64,000 bases of DNA, from contig QJZZ01000001.1 of NCBI GenBank assembly GCA_003246575.1, positions 31,978 to 95,977 on the forward strand. Reading direction: 5' to 3'. Source of the DNA: Candidatus Saccharimonadota bacterium (GTDB taxonomy: Bacteria > Patescibacteriota > Saccharimonadia > Saccharimonadales > Saccharimonadaceae). This document shows, piece by piece, positions 6,510 to 15,165 of this stretch. Numbering within the stretch: position 1 is the first letter of the stretch; each line of letters opens with the position of its first letter. Both the position numbers and the translations under genes were made by a program. The notes below the pieces were generated by a model. The model was not told the DNA's origin and did not search any database. It saw only the letters and a program-made list of their open reading frames with translations.

Positions 6510-8912
6510 TTAGCTGCGTTTTGCAAAGCCGAAGCCCTTAACACGCTTCGCACTATCGGTACGAACTTTTTCGACATTCTTTGACTGAACGGTCGTTTGT
6601 TCAGACTGGTGACGAGGTTTGACATGCAGGTAGTAGGTCGTCTTGAGACCACGACGCCATGCCTCTGAGTAAATCTTGACGTATTCGTCGATGTCGCGAG
6701 TCTCGAGATACATGTTGCGGCTGATCGCTTGGTCAACCCACTTCTGTGCACGAGCAGCAACTTCGATGAAGGCGTATGGGCTGAGCTGGAAGCTTGTCTT
6801 GTAGACGTCGCGGACTTCCTGTGGAATCTGCTCCATACCCTGAATGTCGCCCTGGTTTGCGAGCAAATCGTCTTTAAGCTCTTCCCAGAGGTTCAATTCT
6901 TTGAGCTTGCGAACAAGGTTGCCGTTGACTTCAAGGAACTTACCATTAAGGGTGCTGCGGCTGAAGATCTGGCTGAACTGTGGGTCGATACCAGGAGTGG
7001 TACCAGCAACGTGCGAGATATTCGCCGTTGGCGCAATTGCCATCAAGGTTGAGTTGCGCATACCCTTGGTTGTCTTCTTGCGAAGTGCTTCCCAGTCGAG
7101 TTTTGCTTTGGTCGAGACCTTGACCTTTACCTTGCGGTCGGTGCTAAGTTGGTCGATGGTATCGACAGGCAGTTCACCGCGGCTCCAACCACTTCCCTTG
7201 AAGTTTGGATACGCACCGCGAACCTTAGCGAGTTCAGCTGACTCATCGATAGCGTGGTAACTGATGAACTCAGTGAGTTCGTCGACGAGCTGGTAGGCCT
7301 CTTCTGATTCGTAGCTGAGTTCGAGCTTTTCGAGAATATCCGAGAAGCCCATGTAGCCGAGACCGAGGGCACGGTTGAGTTCGTTCGAGCGAACCGACTC
7401 AGGAATTGGCGTGTTAGTGATATCGAGCAGGTTGTCGAGCTGACGAACAGCTGAGTGTACAGAGGCTGCCATACGATCCCAGTCCCACGTCTTGTCCTCA
7501 TTGAGGAAAGCGCTGAGGTTCATGCTGACGAGGTTACAGGTCGCAATATTGTCTTTGTCCTGTGGGAGGGTGATTTCAGTACAAAGGTTCGACAAGTGAA
7601 TCGTACCGGTGTTGTCGTTGAGAGCACGGACGTTGATCGTGTCTTTCCATGTCAACCACGGGTGGCTTGTTGCCTGAAGGTTGATGAGGATTGAACGGAA
7701 CTGTTCACGTGCTGACAGCTTTTCGAAGGTGCGAAGTTCGCCCGCTTCGGCCATCTTGATGTATTCGTTGTAGCGCTTTGCGAAGTCGTTGCCGTAGAGC
7801 TCTGGAAGATCACTCACCTCTGATGGGTCGAACAGGTACCAGTCTTTGTCAGCCTCTACGCGGCGCATGAATTCGTCGCTCAACCATACAGCGGTGTTCA
7901 TGAAACGTGTACGCATGTATGGGTCGCCTGAGTTGGTACGAAGGTCGAGGAATTGCGGGAAGTTGAGGTGCCAGTTTTCCATGTACATAGCAGCGGCGCC
8001 AGCTTTTTTGCCCTTGCGACTAACGGCGAAGAGTGCAGTGTCGATCATTTTCATGAATGGAATTGGGCCCGTACTTTCAGTGTTGGTCGTCTTGACTGGG
8101 CTACCTGCAGCACGAAGCTTGTTCATGCTGATACCGATACCGCCAGTACCCTTGGCAATCCACATAACGTCGCGAACACTCTTGGCAATCGCTTCCATGT
8201 CGTCGTCGACTTCCATGACAAAACAGTTCGAGAGTTGCGGGAAGCTACCACCAGCGTTGACGCGAGTTGAGCCACCTGGGCTGTACTCGAGCTTGCTCAT
8301 GTGTTGATAAAAGTCGATTGCAGCAGCGGTTGGATCTTCTTCGTTGTAACTGAGCCCCATAGCAATACGCATGTGGGTAAACTGTGGAACTTCGAGTGGA
8401 TCACCGTTTTGCTTGCGAAGTGCATAGCGGTTCTTGTTGGTGACAACACCGAGGAACTTACTCAGGTCGTCTTTGGTTGGGTCGAGTGCAGCAGCAATTT
8501 TCTTGATATCAAAAATTTTGCTATCGCCCATTCGCTTGTCGAGCAGACCATCTTTGACGCCTTGCTTGATGTATTCAGGGAACTTTTTGACGTGGAGCTT
8601 CTTGAGCTCATCAGCTGTTTCGTAGTCACCCAAGATGTTCTTGTAGATAACCTTTAGCTGAAGACGTGCGGCAATCTTGTCGTAGTCTGGGTCGTCTTTT
8701 ACGTTTTGGAGCGCTGTCTGGATGACAGCCTCATCGAGTTGCTCGGTAGTGATACCGTCAAATAATGTGAGCTGTAGCTGCGATGCAACTTCGACTACCT
8801 TAGAGATTTGGTCTTCCAAACCTTCGCTTGCCTTTACGAGCGCTAGATTGATCTTATTAGCGTCGAATGGTACGCGGGTGCCGTCGCGATGTACCACATG
8901 GATTCCGTCCAT
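6510..8912 (-). CDS. nrdA: Ribonucleoside-diphosphate reductase alpha subunit with N-terminal ATP cone; lacks the C-terminal CxxC
   Basis: VVHRDG ATP cone, QLSNCF, SNLCTEI, ATCNL, AIAPTA and KTTYYL motifs. Confidence 0.97.
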   Translation of the reverse strand: MDGIHVVHRDGTRVPFDANKINLALVKASEGLEDQISKVVEVASQLQLTLFDGITTEQLDEAVIQTALQNVKDDPDYDKIAARLQLKVIYKNILGDYETADELKKLHVKKFPEYIKQGVKDGLLDKRMGDSKIFDIKKIAAALDPTKDDLSKFLGVVTNKNRYALRKQNGDPLEVPQFTHMRIAMGLSYNEEDPTAAAIDFYQHMSKLEYSPGGSTRVNAGGSFPQLSNCFVMEVDDDMEAIAKSVRDVMWIAKGTGGIGISMNKLRAAGSPVKTTNTESTGPIPFMKMIDTALFAVSRKGKKAGAAAMYMENWHLNFPQFLDLRTNSGDPYMRTRFMNTAVWLSDEFMRRVEADKDWYLFDPSEVSDLPELYGNDFAKRYNEYIKMAEAGELRTFEKLSAREQFRSILINLQATSHPWLTWKDTINVRALNDNTGTIHLSNLCTEITLPQDKDNIATCNLVSMNLSAFLNEDKTWDWDRMAASVHSAVRQLDNLLDITNTPIPESVRSNELNRALGLGYMGFSDILEKLELSYESEEAYQLVDELTEFISYHAIDESAELAKVRGAYPNFKGSGWSRGELPVDTIDQLSTDRKVKVKVSTKAKLDWEALRKKTTKGMRNSTLMAIAPTANISHVAGTTPGIDPQFSQIFSRSTLNGKFLEVNGNLVRKLKELNLWEELKDDLLANQGDIQGMEQIPQEVRDVYKTSFQLSPYAFIEVAARAQKWVDQAISRNMYLETRDIDEYVKIYSEAWRRGLKTTYYLHVKPRHQSEQTTVQSKNVEKVRTDSAKRVKGFGFAKRS

Positions 8913-9054
8913 GACCCTATCCTTTGAATTTGTTAGATTAGTATACCCTCCACACGAACACCTCCCAAAAAGTGTCTCGGCAAGCAGGAATAGGCCCTAG
9001 CCAACTAGGTCTATATATGTCCTCCCGCTTGCTAATGTGTGTTTTTTGTTGCAC

Positions 9055-9213
9055 TACATATATGTAGCGTCTGCGTAGCATTATGGACGCTATATATATG
9101 TTTTGCAAGCATTTTGTGGCAAAACATCAGCTTTTTACAACACCATCAAAGCACTACCCCAATACACACGAATCTAGCGTCATGTTTCTTATTTACAACG
9201 CTATATGTAGTGT
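9055..9213 (-). promoter_or_regulatory. nrdA promoter with NrdR-like boxes
   Basis: -35 TTGCAA (9103-9108), 17-bp spacer, -10 CATAAT (9080-9085). Boxes at 9055-9070 and 9087-9102 (32 bp apart), plus 9165-9180 (weak) and ACGCTATATGTAGTGT at 9198-9213 (near consensus, 33 bp from the weak box). Confidence 0.75.
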
Positions 9214-9315
9214 ATGGTGTTAGAAATATAATCTATGTATCATCACTAGGTTTACTGGTATTATATATATATATCCCTTAACAATGAGGGCTGATCTCCA
9301 AGAGAGAGGTGTGTC

Positions 9316-9630
9316 ATGCGACGCATGTATGCGGCTTTTGCCGCAATTCTGCTGGCATTCGGAGCCACGGCCGTCTCAGCCGATACGGCAAGCGCCTACG
9401 CCTACAACTGCACAACCGGCTACAGCTCGCTTGGCGCCTGGGCCAAGTGCGTGAGCGGCACAGGACAGTATCGCGTTGCGGTGCTCTGTCAGAACATCTT
9501 CACCAGGTCCAGTCGAAACGTGTACGGGCAATGGGTGACGCCATCGAGCACCAGCGTCTCGGTCGTACCAGGCTGCGGAACCTGGCTTGAAGCATACTAC
9601 GGAACGCCCCGTGCAACTTCTGGCCAGTGA
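9316..9630 (+). CDS. Small secreted protein with four Cys
   Basis: GAGGTG RBS, signal peptide ending ASA, 4 Cys in the mature part, strong terminator downstream. Confidence 0.8.
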   Translation: MRRMYAAFAAILLAFGATAVSADTASAYAYNCTTGYSSLGAWAKCVSGTGQYRVAVLCQNIFTRSSRNVYGQWVTPSSTSVSVVPGCGTWLEAYYGTPRATSGQ

Positions 9631-9634
9631 GATC

Positions 9635-9669
9635 GTCTGCCGCCCTTCTCGGAAGGAAGGGCGGCAGAC
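9635..9669 (+). terminator. Strong hairpin after the secreted-protein gene
   Basis: GTCTGCCGCCCTTC ... GAAGGGCGGCAGAC 14-bp stem. Confidence 0.65.
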
Positions 9670-9694
9670 ATAAACAAAACCTAGAAAGGAACAT

Positions 9695-9922
9695 ATGTCA
9701 AAACAGCATTTACCATCTTCACTTCTTCGAATCGCACTCACACTTACGCTTGGCGTGGGTGTCACATCAGTACTGCTCCATTTTGCGTCAATGGGGCACT
9801 ATCCAAAAACGAATGACGAGCAAGTTATCGAAGCGCTAGCACTCTGGTTCGGAGCGGTTTTTATCATTCTGACAATAGTCTTCACGCTGCTAACGATCAT
9901 TCCGGCAAAGAAAAATAATTAG
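9695..9922 (+). CDS. Small 2-TM membrane protein
   Basis: AAGGA RBS; two hydrophobic segments. Confidence 0.65.
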   Translation: MSKQHLPSSLLRIALTLTLGVGVTSVLLHFASMGHYPKTNDEQVIEALALWFGAVFIILTIVFTLLTIIPAKKNN

Positions 9923-10368
9923 TCTTCGCGCCCAGTAGCCTGGTTGATGCGCGTCGATGAGTCTGGCTTGACGTGACCACGGATGTCGGTGCCAACGCCA
10001 TAGACAACTGAGATATTATACTGAGCGCAGACGGGCGCTTCAGGGTTTACCTTATCAGAATCACGGTCACCACCCTGAGCAAAAATAAGCTCATCATTTG
10101 GATATTTGAGCGCAATCGCTTCGACACTACGGACGACAGTTGGATCTTCATCGATAGATAGCATTACTTCATCAACATCACGAAGTGCACCCATGAGGCG
10201 CACACGGTTCTCTTCGTCGAGAATGATCTTCCCCTTCTTGAGCAATTGCTGCTTGTCATTGTTCACAATAACAATCAGTTGGTCGCCAAGTTTTTTGGCA
10301 GCTTCGATCATGTCGAGATGACCGCCGTGTAACGGATTGAAGTAGCCACTTACAAATATTCTTTTCAT
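9919..10368 (-). CDS. HxGH cytidylyl/adenylyltransferase (TagD/RibL-like)
   Basis: MKRIFVSGYFNPLHGGHLDMI..., GGDR and SST motifs; start reset to ATG 10368. Confidence 0.9.
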   Translation of the reverse strand: MKRIFVSGYFNPLHGGHLDMIEAAKKLGDQLIVIVNNDKQQLLKKGKIILDEENRVRLMGALRDVDEVMLSIDEDPTVVRSVEAIALKYPNDELIFAQGGDRDSDKVNPEAPVCAQYNISVVYGVGTDIRGHVKPDSSTRINQATGRED

Positions 10369-10395
10369 CTCGGCTAGTATATAATTGACTAGAGT

Positions 10396-11538
10396 ATGGG
10401 TCAACAAGCCAACACACCGCGCGTCGCAATCGTCTGCGACTGGCTCACCAACATGGGTGGTGCCGAAAATGTCGTTCTCGCCTTTCACGAGGCCTACCCC
10501 GATGCGCCGATTTTCACAAGCACCTACAACCCCGAGAATATGCCGGCATTCGCTGACGCCGACGTACGCACAACATACCTGCAACGGCTGCCACGCGCAC
10601 TGCGCAATCTACATAAGTTTTTCCCGATGCTGCGTGTCCACGCTTTTCGCTCGCTCGACCTATCCGAATACGACATCATCCTCTCGAGCGCCAGCGCCGA
10701 GGCCAAGCAAGTTCGCAAGACGCGTGATGGCCAAACACATATATGTTACTGCCACACGCCGATTCGTTATTACTGGAGTCACTATCAGCAGTACAAGACG
10801 GACCCGGGCTTCGGCAAACTCAATTGGCTCGTTCGCCTGACGATGCCCCTTCTCGTACCGCCCCTCAAACGCGCTGACTATCGAGCCGCCCAAGACGTCG
10901 ATATATTTATCGCCAATTCGAACACCGTCAAAGACCGTATCGAGACGTACTACGACCGACCCGCAACCGTCATCTATCCACCCGTCGATACCAGGCGCTT
11001 CAAACCAAGTGCCACGCGCGGCGATTACTATGTGACGATTGGTCGCCAGATTCCCTACAAGCACCACGACCTCGCTATCGAGGCCTGCGCCGCACTTGAT
11101 CTTCCGCTCAAGGTATATGGCAGCGGCAGTGAGCACGAACGACTACGTACGCTAGCCGGACCAAAAACCGAATTCAATACTGACCGCTTCGGTGACGCCT
11201 CCGACGAGGCCGTCGAGCAAGCGCTCAATCATGCCAAGGGCTTTATCTTCCCCTCAGAAGAAGACTTCGGTATTGTCTCCGTCGAAGCCATGGCTGCCGG
11301 TGCGCCAGTGATCGCTCTCGCGGCAGGCGGATCGGCCGAAATCGTTTCCGACCCGAGCGTTGGCGAGCTCTTTGATACACAAACTGTCGAATCCATCACA
11401 GATGCCATCACTCGTGCAGAGTCACGAAAGTTTTCACCAACCATCCTTCGCAACCGCGCCAAGCGTTTCGACAAGACGCTGTTCGTCACCCAGATTCGTA
11501 ACTTTGTCAAAAAATCCCACGAAAGGAACACCCGATGA
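10396..11538 (+). CDS. Glycosyltransferase family 4
   Basis: DWL...GGAE, YCHTPIRY and EDFGIVSVEAMAAGAPVI motifs. Confidence 0.93.
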   Translation: MGQQANTPRVAIVCDWLTNMGGAENVVLAFHEAYPDAPIFTSTYNPENMPAFADADVRTTYLQRLPRALRNLHKFFPMLRVHAFRSLDLSEYDIILSSASAEAKQVRKTRDGQTHICYCHTPIRYYWSHYQQYKTDPGFGKLNWLVRLTMPLLVPPLKRADYRAAQDVDIFIANSNTVKDRIETYYDRPATVIYPPVDTRRFKPSATRGDYYVTIGRQIPYKHHDLAIEACAALDLPLKVYGSGSEHERLRTLAGPKTEFNTDRFGDASDEAVEQALNHAKGFIFPSEEDFGIVSVEAMAAGAPVIALAAGGSAEIVSDPSVGELFDTQTVESITDAITRAESRKFSPTILRNRAKRFDKTLFVTQIRNFVKKSHERNTR

Positions 11539-12632
11539 GCCATATCGTCATCGACGCCCGTATCGTCAACTCCAGCACTGGCACCTACGTCCAATATCTC
11601 TTGAAACACCTCCAGGAGATTGACCGCAAAAACCGCTATACCGTCCTTATTCCGTCCGCAGACAAAGATTTCTGGCAGCCGACCGCACCGAATTTTTCTG
11701 TAGCCTTCGCCGATTTTGGCAATTACACCTTCGCTGAGCAAACTGGCTTCAAACGCCTGCTCGACTCGCTCGATGCTGACCTCGTGCATTTTTGCATGCC
11801 CCAGCAGCCAGTACTGTACGCAGGCAAAAAAGTCACCACCTTCCATGACTTAACCCTCCTCCGCGTCTACAACTCCGACAAGAACTACTTCATCTTCAAA
11901 GCGAAACAATTTGTTGGGCGCTGGGTATTCAAGAAGGTCGCGAATGACAGCACCGAAGTCATCGTACCAACCGAATTCACCAAGCAAGACCTACTCGACT
12001 TCACCCCACTCCCCGCCGACAAAATTACCGTCACCTATGAAGCTGCTGAGGTCGTACGTTCAAAAGTCAAGAGATATGACGTACCCTTCAAGCAGTTCAT
12101 CATCAACGTCGGCAACCATAGCGACTACAAAAACATTGTTCGCCTCGCCGAAGCGCACCAAAAGTCACTCGAGACACATCCCGATCTCGGCCTCGTCTTC
12201 GCCTGCCGCCCGAATGATGCTGTCGAGGCCAATCGCGAGCTCTTCAAGAAACGCGGCTACAAAAACATCCACTTCGCTCTCAACACATCTAATCAAGAAC
12301 GTGACTACCTCTACACCAAGGCCCTCGCCTACATCACCCCGTCACTCACCGAAGGCTTTGGTCTCGGTGCACTTGAAGCTATGGGATACGGCGTTCCTGT
12401 TCTCTCAAGTACCGCCACCTGCCTCCCGGAAGTCTACGCAGACGCCGCTCTCTATTTCGACCCCCTCGATATCGATGAGATGTCCGACGCCATCAATCGC
12501 GTCGCAGCCAGCAAAGAACTCCGCGATGATCTCATCAAACGCGGCCTGAAGCGTCATAAATTCTTCTCGTGGGAAAAGATGGCTCGCGAAACACTCGCGG
12601 TGTACGAAAAAGCGCTTAGCAGCTCAAAGTAG
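11535..12632 (+). CDS. Glycosyltransferase family 4 (mannosyltransferase-like)
   Basis: TFHDL, EGFGLGALEAMGYGVPV and FSWEKMA motifs; ATGA overlap with the upstream GT. Confidence 0.93.
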   Translation: MSHIVIDARIVNSSTGTYVQYLLKHLQEIDRKNRYTVLIPSADKDFWQPTAPNFSVAFADFGNYTFAEQTGFKRLLDSLDADLVHFCMPQQPVLYAGKKVTTFHDLTLLRVYNSDKNYFIFKAKQFVGRWVFKKVANDSTEVIVPTEFTKQDLLDFTPLPADKITVTYEAAEVVRSKVKRYDVPFKQFIINVGNHSDYKNIVRLAEAHQKSLETHPDLGLVFACRPNDAVEANRELFKKRGYKNIHFALNTSNQERDYLYTKALAYITPSLTEGFGLGALEAMGYGVPVLSSTATCLPEVYADAALYFDPLDIDEMSDAINRVAASKELRDDLIKRGLKRHKFFSWEKMARETLAVYEKALSSSK

Positions 12633-12697
12633 CCATAACCATTTGACTGCGTAGCTACTCAGATGTACCCTATACAGTTGTCAACAGAGGAGATGTT

Positions 12698-13051
12698 ATG
12701 GAATTAAACCCCGCTACAGGAGAACTTATACTCGCTGGCCCGCATGAAATTGGCGCAGGTCTATTTTGCTTAGGTGCATTAGAGCAGTATCACGGACACC
12801 TGCCAAGATCACAGGCAAAAACTGCGCAATCAGCCGAGAGAAAACTCATGGCCGCTCAGCAACAAGCGCGCCAACAGGGCAACGACATACGCGTGCTCTT
12901 TACCCCAGAAGAAACAAAGCTCATCAACGAGGGCGCCGAGAATGGCAGCTTTAGTCCCCTGCACAGACAACGATTCAATATCTTACCAGGATATACGAAA
13001 GATGCGGTCGACGAGATACGCGCACAGGCCGATGCCATAACACAACAATAG
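12698..13051 (+). CDS. Hypothetical protein
   Basis: GAGGAG RBS, 117-aa ORF filling an intergenic gap. Confidence 0.65.
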   Translation: MELNPATGELILAGPHEIGAGLFCLGALEQYHGHLPRSQAKTAQSAERKLMAAQQQARQQGNDIRVLFTPEETKLINEGAENGSFSPLHRQRFNILPGYTKDAVDEIRAQADAITQQ

Positions 13052-13135
13052 CCACTTTACACTCAACGCAAATTATTGCACACATATCCCTATTATGCTT
13101 AGATAGTATCATCAATAGCATAAACGGAGTCACAC

Positions 13136-13567
13136 ATGGACAGCCAGACACCTCAGCAGCCAGTTACTCAGCCCCAGCAACCGATGAATCAACCTCAGCA
13201 GCAGCCTGTCCAGGTTGGTGGCCAGAAACAACTCGTCACAGCAGAGTTACTCGCAGCATTTCTTGGCGCGTTCGGTATTCATGACTTTTATCTTGGGCGT
13301 AAAGTCAGAGGTTCGATCCGACTCATTATCGGTGCTATCGGTCTTCTGCTTGCTATCCAGGACTACAGGAACACCGGCATTGTGTTCCTTGCGATGGTCC
13401 TATGGGCAATCGATGACTTTAACCGCATCTACACCAAACGAGTTGACGCAAAAGGAGTTGCGCTTGCAGCAGATGCGTCTCAGCTCAAAACAGCAAAAGC
13501 ACTCCGCTATACAGTATTCACGGCACTCATCCTGTTCGTCATCTTCGTTATACTTAAGCTGTTCTAA
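13136..13567 (+). CDS. TM2-domain membrane protein with Gln/Pro-rich N-terminus
   Basis: LLAAFLGAFGIHDFYLG TM2 signature. Confidence 0.88.
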   Translation: MDSQTPQQPVTQPQQPMNQPQQQPVQVGGQKQLVTAELLAAFLGAFGIHDFYLGRKVRGSIRLIIGAIGLLLAIQDYRNTGIVFLAMVLWAIDDFNRIYTKRVDAKGVALAADASQLKTAKALRYTVFTALILFVIFVILKLF

Positions 13568-13582
13568 TACAGTATACGACCA

Positions 13583-13705
<123 letters not shown>

Positions 13706-13757
13706 ATGGTCGCCGTGTTTCTCACATTATAACAGATACACGGTGTATACTACGTGC

Positions 13758-14153
13758 ATGGAAGATTCTATTTTTACCAAGATTATCAAAGGTGAAATTC
13801 CCTGCGAAAAAGTCTACGAAGACGAACAGACGATTGCCTTTCTCGATATTCGTCCAGTTACAGCAGGGCACACTCTTGTCGCACCCAAGAACCAAGTACA
13901 GTTCATTTGGGACCTAGATGATGTCACCTACACGGCCGTTATGCACACCGCAAAACGTGTGGCTCAGCGGCTTCGCGAGGTCACGGGCGCGCCATACATC
14001 GGAGAGACGATCGTCGGCACGGATGTTCCGCATGCGCACGTGCACGTGATTGCGTTTGAGCGTAGTGAACAATTGAAAGATGCATTTAACGCCGACCGCC
14101 CAGTCACTGACTCTTTGGAGCTAGCCATGATGGCAGAAAAACTTCGCATCTAA
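13758..14153 (+). CDS. HIT family nucleotide hydrolase
   Basis: MEDSIFTKIIKGEIP, GHTLV and VPHAHVHV; start reset to ATG 13758. Confidence 0.95.
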   Translation: MEDSIFTKIIKGEIPCEKVYEDEQTIAFLDIRPVTAGHTLVAPKNQVQFIWDLDDVTYTAVMHTAKRVAQRLREVTGAPYIGETIVGTDVPHAHVHVIAFERSEQLKDAFNADRPVTDSLELAMMAEKLRI

Positions 14154-14609
14154 ATGATCACGATTCTCGCTATCGGCAAAAAGCATGAGGACTGGATTTC
14201 ACTCGGCCTAGAACGCTATACGAAGCGCCTTCACGCGCCGTGGGATGTCAAATGGATCCTCTTGCCACATTCGAGCCTGCAAGGCGACCAAGCGCGTCAG
14301 GAAGAGTCCCAGAGGCTACTTGAGCGCATAGATCCCCGGAGCTATACCGTTCTTCTCGACGAAACCGGCAAACTCCTCAACTCACCCGCCCTCTCGCGAC
14401 TCTGCGACGATAAGTTTTCTCATAGCCAATCCATCACAATCATTATCGGTGGCGCCTACGGCGTGACCCCTGAGGTGAGGGACGCGGCTAATCTTGTATG
14501 GTCACTCTCACCTCTCGTCTTTCCCCACCAGCTCGTCCGCCTTCTCCTCATCGAGCAACTCTACCGCGCCCAAGAAATTGCCAGTGGTGGCAGTTACCAT
14601 CACGTATAG
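14154..14609 (+). CDS. rlmH: 23S rRNA (pseudouridine1915-N3)-methyltransferase
   Basis: IIGGAYG, SLSPLVFPHQLVRLLLIEQLYRA and YHH SPOUT motifs. Confidence 0.95.
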   Translation: MITILAIGKKHEDWISLGLERYTKRLHAPWDVKWILLPHSSLQGDQARQEESQRLLERIDPRSYTVLLDETGKLLNSPALSRLCDDKFSHSQSITIIIGGAYGVTPEVRDAANLVWSLSPLVFPHQLVRLLLIEQLYRAQEIASGGSYHHV

Positions 14610-14679
14610 TTTGACCTATACTTGACAATTCATAAATCTTGTGCTAATATGGTGTTACAAATTATCCAAAATACACACC

Positions 14680-15006
14680 ATGAAAAAACTGTTCAACATC
14701 CTCGCCGTCGCCCTTAGCCTCTTCACCGCTACCGGTGTATTTGTCCACGATGCGCGCATCGACAAAGTGACCGGCTACAGCATGGAGCCTCTGTACAAAA
14801 AATCGGCAAGCTACAGTGCCGATTCGGCACTGATCGCCGAGCAACACGTACACCCTGAACATTCCCAGCGCACACTCAATGGGTTTTCGTATCAGTCCCC
14901 GTCGATCCAACCCCGTGAAAACAAGTCCAAGCGCTATTTGATGCAAAATGCCGAGCCGAAAGGCCGTCACGCGTTCGATAATTACAATCTGCCGATCGTG
15001 GCATAG
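14680..15006 (+). CDS. Hypothetical protein with N-terminal signal/anchor
   Basis: MKKLFNILAVALSLF...; TTGACA promoter upstream. Confidence 0.7.
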   Translation: MKKLFNILAVALSLFTATGVFVHDARIDKVTGYSMEPLYKKSASYSADSALIAEQHVHPEHSQRTLNGFSYQSPSIQPRENKSKRYLMQNAEPKGRHAFDNYNLPIVA

Positions 15007-15165
15007 TCTGACACTATCCCGAAATTAGCTGCGTGCCGAGACGGCGAGACCGTCTCTTCGATGGCATTCTGCCTTTCCGGCAGAGGTCGATCAAGACAAA
15101 AGCACTTAGCGGTCGACCGCATGACAACGAAGAGGTGGGAACGTCGTTCTCGCAATATCAAGGGC

